A DNA stretch of 64,000 nucleotides from assembly GCF_009914755.1 (NCBI RefSeq), contig NC_060938.1. One strand, given 5' to 3'. The notes beneath the pieces are model-generated. The model was not told the DNA's origin. It ran no database searches and saw nothing but the letters and a program-made list of their open reading frames with translations. Shown in pieces: positions 59,917 through 64,000 of the stretch. Origin of the DNA: the human T2T-CHM13v2.0 reference genome, Homo sapiens. Position 1 is the stretch's first letter. Each line of letters starts with the position of its first letter. The translations under genes were made by a program, and so were the position numbers.

Positions 59917-60751
59917 TTAACTTATGTTCAGGGCTACATGTACAGGTTTGTTATATAGGTAAACTTGCGTTATGGGGAGTTGTACAGATTATTTCATCAA
60001 CTGCATATTAAACCTAGTACCCATTAGTTATTTTTTCTTATCTTCTCTTTCCTCCCACCCTTCACCCTCGATAAGCCCCAGTGCCTGTTGTTCCCCTCTA
60101 TGTGTCCACGTGTTCTCACTATTTAGCTCACTTTTATAAGTGAGAACATGTAGTATTTGGTTTTCTGTTTCTGTCTTAGTTTGCTAGGGAAAATGGCCTC
60201 CAGCTCCATCATGGTTTTTTTAATGGCTGCATAATATTTCATGATGTGTAGATACCACATTTTCTTTATCCAGCCTACTATTGATAGACATTTAGGTTGA
60301 TTTCATGTCTATTCACCATTGTGAATAGTGTTGCAATGAACATACACAGTATGTGTCTTTATGATAGAACAATTTATATTCCTTTGTGTATATACTTTGT
60401 AATGGGATTGCTGGGTCTAAGGGCAGTTCTGTTTTTAGGCCTTTGAGGAATTGCCACACTGTTTTCCACAGTGGATGAACTAACATATACTCCCACCAAC
60501 AGTGTATAATTGTTACTTTTTCTCTTCAACCTTGCCAGCACCTGTTATTTTTTGACTTCTTAATTATAGCCATTCTGACTGGTGTGAGATGGCATCTCAT
60601 TGTTGTTTTGATTTGCATTTCTCTAATGATCAGTGGTGTTGAGCTTTTTTTCATATGCTTATTGGTCACATGTATGTCTAATTTTAAAAAGTGTTCATGT
60701 CATTTGCACACTTTTTAATAGTGTTGTTCATTTATTTCTTGTAAATTTGTT
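59917..60751 (-). mobile_element. L1PA13-like 3' end
   Basis: ATAGGTAAACTTG..GTACAGATTATTTCATC..CCTAGTACCCATTAGTTATTTTT..CCCCTCTATGTGTCC..AATGGCCTCCAGCTCCATC. Confidence 0.85.
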
Positions 60752-60929
60752 GCAAGCTTAATCATTCAGGGTTAAAGCTATTTGCAATATTATTGAAAAG
60801 ACTAATGAGGATTAGAAAACAAAGCTACAACTACACCTTTCGCCATAATTATTATTTACTATTTCCCTTTCCCATCACTCATTTTAGAACTTTCTTTCTC
60901 CTTCTTCTTTTTTTTTTTTTTAGATGGCA

Positions 60930-62010
60930 TTTTGGCTTTTTATTTGTATTGTTGGATGATCTGCAGGATCATATTTGGAGTGTTTATCAATTCTTTAAGA
61001 AAATTTCACTGAATCTTTTAAGGTTGAAAGAGTTTAACTTAATTGACTTGTCACCAGGTAGCTGAATGACCTTCATGAAGAATGGTGTCATGTAAGGAAG
61101 TCAAAATAATTCTTGGCTTCTGGCAAGTGGCTTATTCAGTAGTATCAATAGCTAAATCAACCTGGAGGAAACTTATGCTATTAGGTCATCCATAACCACT
61201 GTTTTTGCAAAAGCAGGGGCCCATCGTGCAATTGCTGGAGTAGCTGATGAGAGTATGTCTGTCACATCCTCAAGACAGGCCATTTTTTCCATCTTTTCTA
61301 ATGCATATTTTCTCTAGTTGGTATCATGTGAGATATAAAGATACACACATTCATGCCTCTTCTCTAGACATCTTATCCCCGATTCTTCAGTGTTAGTGCT
61401 TTCAGATGGTTAGCCCACTAGCCAAGCTTGTCCTCATTACCCAAGAATCAATATATACCCATACTGCAGGCCAACAATTTTTCCATGTGTCTATAATCAA
61501 GTGTACTGCTTGCAGTTCTGCCTTCTGGAAAAAATTTTCCTTCATTATTCTCCTCCTGGACTACCCTTAAGGGCAGCAATCCATTTCTGGCTTCAACCAA
61601 TGTTTTGCATTGATACACCAGGCTCAAGTCCTTTTAAGTCAGCTGGTCATAGGAAACAACCATAAGGCCATAGGTTATGAACTGAGAGGCATTAGCGCCA
61701 CCAGGGTAGGTGAATTAGACTTGCCTTCTGGACCTGATTAAGCCCAATTATAAGTAAATAACTTTCACCATATTCTGTTTTGTTTTTTTTGGTTGTTATT
61801 GTTGTTGTTTGGCTATGTACATTCACTCTTGTGATTTGGTAGCTGTGATAACACCAGCTCATGATAAGCTTCAGGTTATTTAGTGCTCCTTAGTCAGTCT
61901 ATACTAGGGTCTAATAGTACATCAAGAGTTGATTTTCAAATAAAGAATTTTGCTCCACTATGAAGAAAAACATGCTTTTGCTCTATAACTCTAGGAGTTT
62001 ACATGCTATG
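60930..62010 (-). mobile_element. ERVL internal pol fossil (RT tether/RNase H; ERV3-16A3/HERV16-like)
   Basis: Minus-strand translation fragments FENQLLMYY*TLV (cf. ERVL FEKQLLACYWALV), GPEG, PYDQLT, AELQAVHL and VWVYIDSW (cf. RNase H AELRAVHL / YTDSW), interrupted by stops and frameshifts. Confidence 0.75.
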
Positions 62011-62127
62011 TAAATTTGATCATCTGAAATGTGAATATTTTGTAATGGGGATTTAATCTATTTCAATTTTTCCTGTATTACCTTGATAAGAAATGTTAAA
62101 AATTATTTTCCTAATTTTAAAAAATTA

Positions 62128-63438
62128 ATTTTTTAAAATTGACAATTAAAAATGTATATATTTATGATGTACATTGTGGCATTTTGAAATATGAATACAC
62201 TGTGGAATGGCTAAATAGAGCTAATTAACATATGCATTACCTCATATAGCTACCGTTTTATTTTGTGTTGAGAATACTTAAAATCTGCTCTTTCAGTGAT
62301 TTTCAAGAATAAAATTCATTGTTATTAACTGTAGTTACTATGTTGTACAATAGATCTCTGGAAATTATTCCTCCTATCTAATTGAAATTTTTTATTCTTT
62401 GACCAACATCTCTTCACTCCTTTCTTTCCCAAAGCCCATGGTAACAACAGTTCTATTCTTTACTTCTATAAACTTGACATTTTTAGATTCCACATGTAAG
62501 TGAAATCATGCAGTATTTGTCTTTCTGGGCCTGGTTTATTTCACTTTATACAATATCCTCCAGGTTCATCCATGTTGTTGAAAATGGCAGGAGACCCTTC
62601 TTTTTTTAACACTAAATAGTATCCCACGGGGTGTATATATCACGTTTTCTTTATCCATTCATTACCTAACAGACATTTAGGTGATTCTTTATCTTGGCTC
62701 TTGGGAATAAAGCTGCAATGAAAGCAAAAAAAGCAGATATCTCTTCAACATATCGATTTCATTTTCTTTGGTTACATACCTAGTAGGAGGATTGATTGAT
62801 ATAATATGGTAGCTTTATTTTTAATTTTTTGAGGAATCTCCATACTATTTTCCACAATGGCTGTAATAATTTACAAGTAATTTCCATCAGTGTTCCTTTG
62901 GTGGGACACTGTGTCTTTTCTCCACATCTTGTCAACATTTATTTTTCATCTTTTTAATAATGGCCATTCTAACAGGTATGAGGTGATATCTCACTGTGGT
63001 TTTAATTTCCCTAATTATTAATGATATTGAGAATATTTTCATATACCTATTGGCCACTTGTATGTCTTCTTTTGAGTAATGTCTATGCAGATCCTTTTCC
63101 CATTTTAAAATGGGGTTATTTGTTTTGTTATTATTGGGTTGTTTGAGTTCATTATATATTTTGGACATTAACCCCTTTTCAGATTGTGGTTTGTAAATAT
63201 TTTCTCCCATCCCATATGTTGTCTTTTTAATTTACTAATTGTTTATTTTGTTGTGAAGAAGGTTTTTAGTTTGATGTAGTTTAACTTGCCTATTTTCATT
63301 TTTATTGCCTGTGGTTTTAGAGTAATATTAAAAATATCATTGTCTAGACATTGTCATGGAGCTTTTTCTTTATGTTTTCTATTAGTAGTTTTATAGTTTC
63401 AAGTCTTGAAAGCAAGCCTTTAATCCATTTTAAATAGG
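62128..63438 (-). mobile_element. L1MA4A-like 3' end plus ORF2 end
   Basis: GTGGAATGGCTAAAT..GCTAATTAACATATGCATTACCTCA. The minus ORF 62932..63210 is a degraded ORF2 C-terminus. Confidence 0.85.
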
Positions 63439-64000
63439 TTTTTTATTGGCACATAATAATTTTACATGTTTATGTGGTATATTTGATATTTTGATACCAT
63501 TACACATGCAATGTGTAATGGTCAAATCAGGATATAATATTTAGGGTATCCATTACCTCAAACATTTATCATTAGTTTATATTGGGGACATTTAAAATCT
63601 TCTATTCTAGCTATTTTGAAATATATAATAAATTATTATAAATTATATTTACTCTACTTTGCTATTGAACACTAGAACTGTTATATGATCCAATAATCTC
63701 ACTACTGAGTATTTATTCAAAGGAAAGACAATCAGTACATGAAAGGGATACCTGCACCTCCATATTTATTGCAGCACTAGTCACAATAGCCAAGATATGG
63801 AATCAACCTAAGTTTCCATCAACTGATAAATGGATAAAGAAAATTGGATAAATATTCACAGTGGATATTCCCACATATGAATTAGAACATATGATAATTG
63901 TCTCTCTGTGTCTGGCTTGTTTTAATAATAATAATATTTAATAATAATAATTTAAAAATAATAACCTTTGGTTACATCCATATTGCTGAAAATGATAGGA
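63439..64000. mobile_element. L1MA3/4-like element with an internal strand switch; runs off the right edge
   Basis: Antisense 3'UTR at 63439-63680, sense ORF2 end at 63684-63867, antisense again at 63868-64000. Confidence 0.75.

Overview
AT-rich primate genomic DNA, human or another great ape judging by the AluY and L1PA2-type elements. About half of the window is recognisable interspersed repeat. LINEs and SINEs: young and old L1s (L1PA2/3/7/13/15-16, L1MA, L1MC), L2, MIR and five Alu-family SINEs. LTR elements: four THE1 solo LTRs, several MLT1 LTRs, a complete MER11 (HERV-K/HML-8) solo LTR with a perfect 6-bp target-site duplication (TSD), two MER4-group LTRs and a degraded ERVL provirus. 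DNA transposons: hAT-Charlie fossils. I find no protein-coding gene, RNA gene or CpG island. The long ORFs in the track are disabled L1 ORF2 fragments, antisense readings of repeats, or chance. The window looks intergenic or deep-intronic, and I cannot support a novel biological system here. The best signals are fossils of retrotransposition and repair: two twin-primed (5'-inverted) L1PA7 insertions with resolvable TSDs and microhomologies, two candidate short 3' transductions, a 24-nt L1 ORF2 patch isolated inside an MLT1 LTR, a probable gene-conversion tract in an L1PA7, and a scrambled L1MA. There are also a few weak micro-exon candidates. Subfamily names come from recalled consensus diagnostics and need RepeatMasker/Dfam confirmation.
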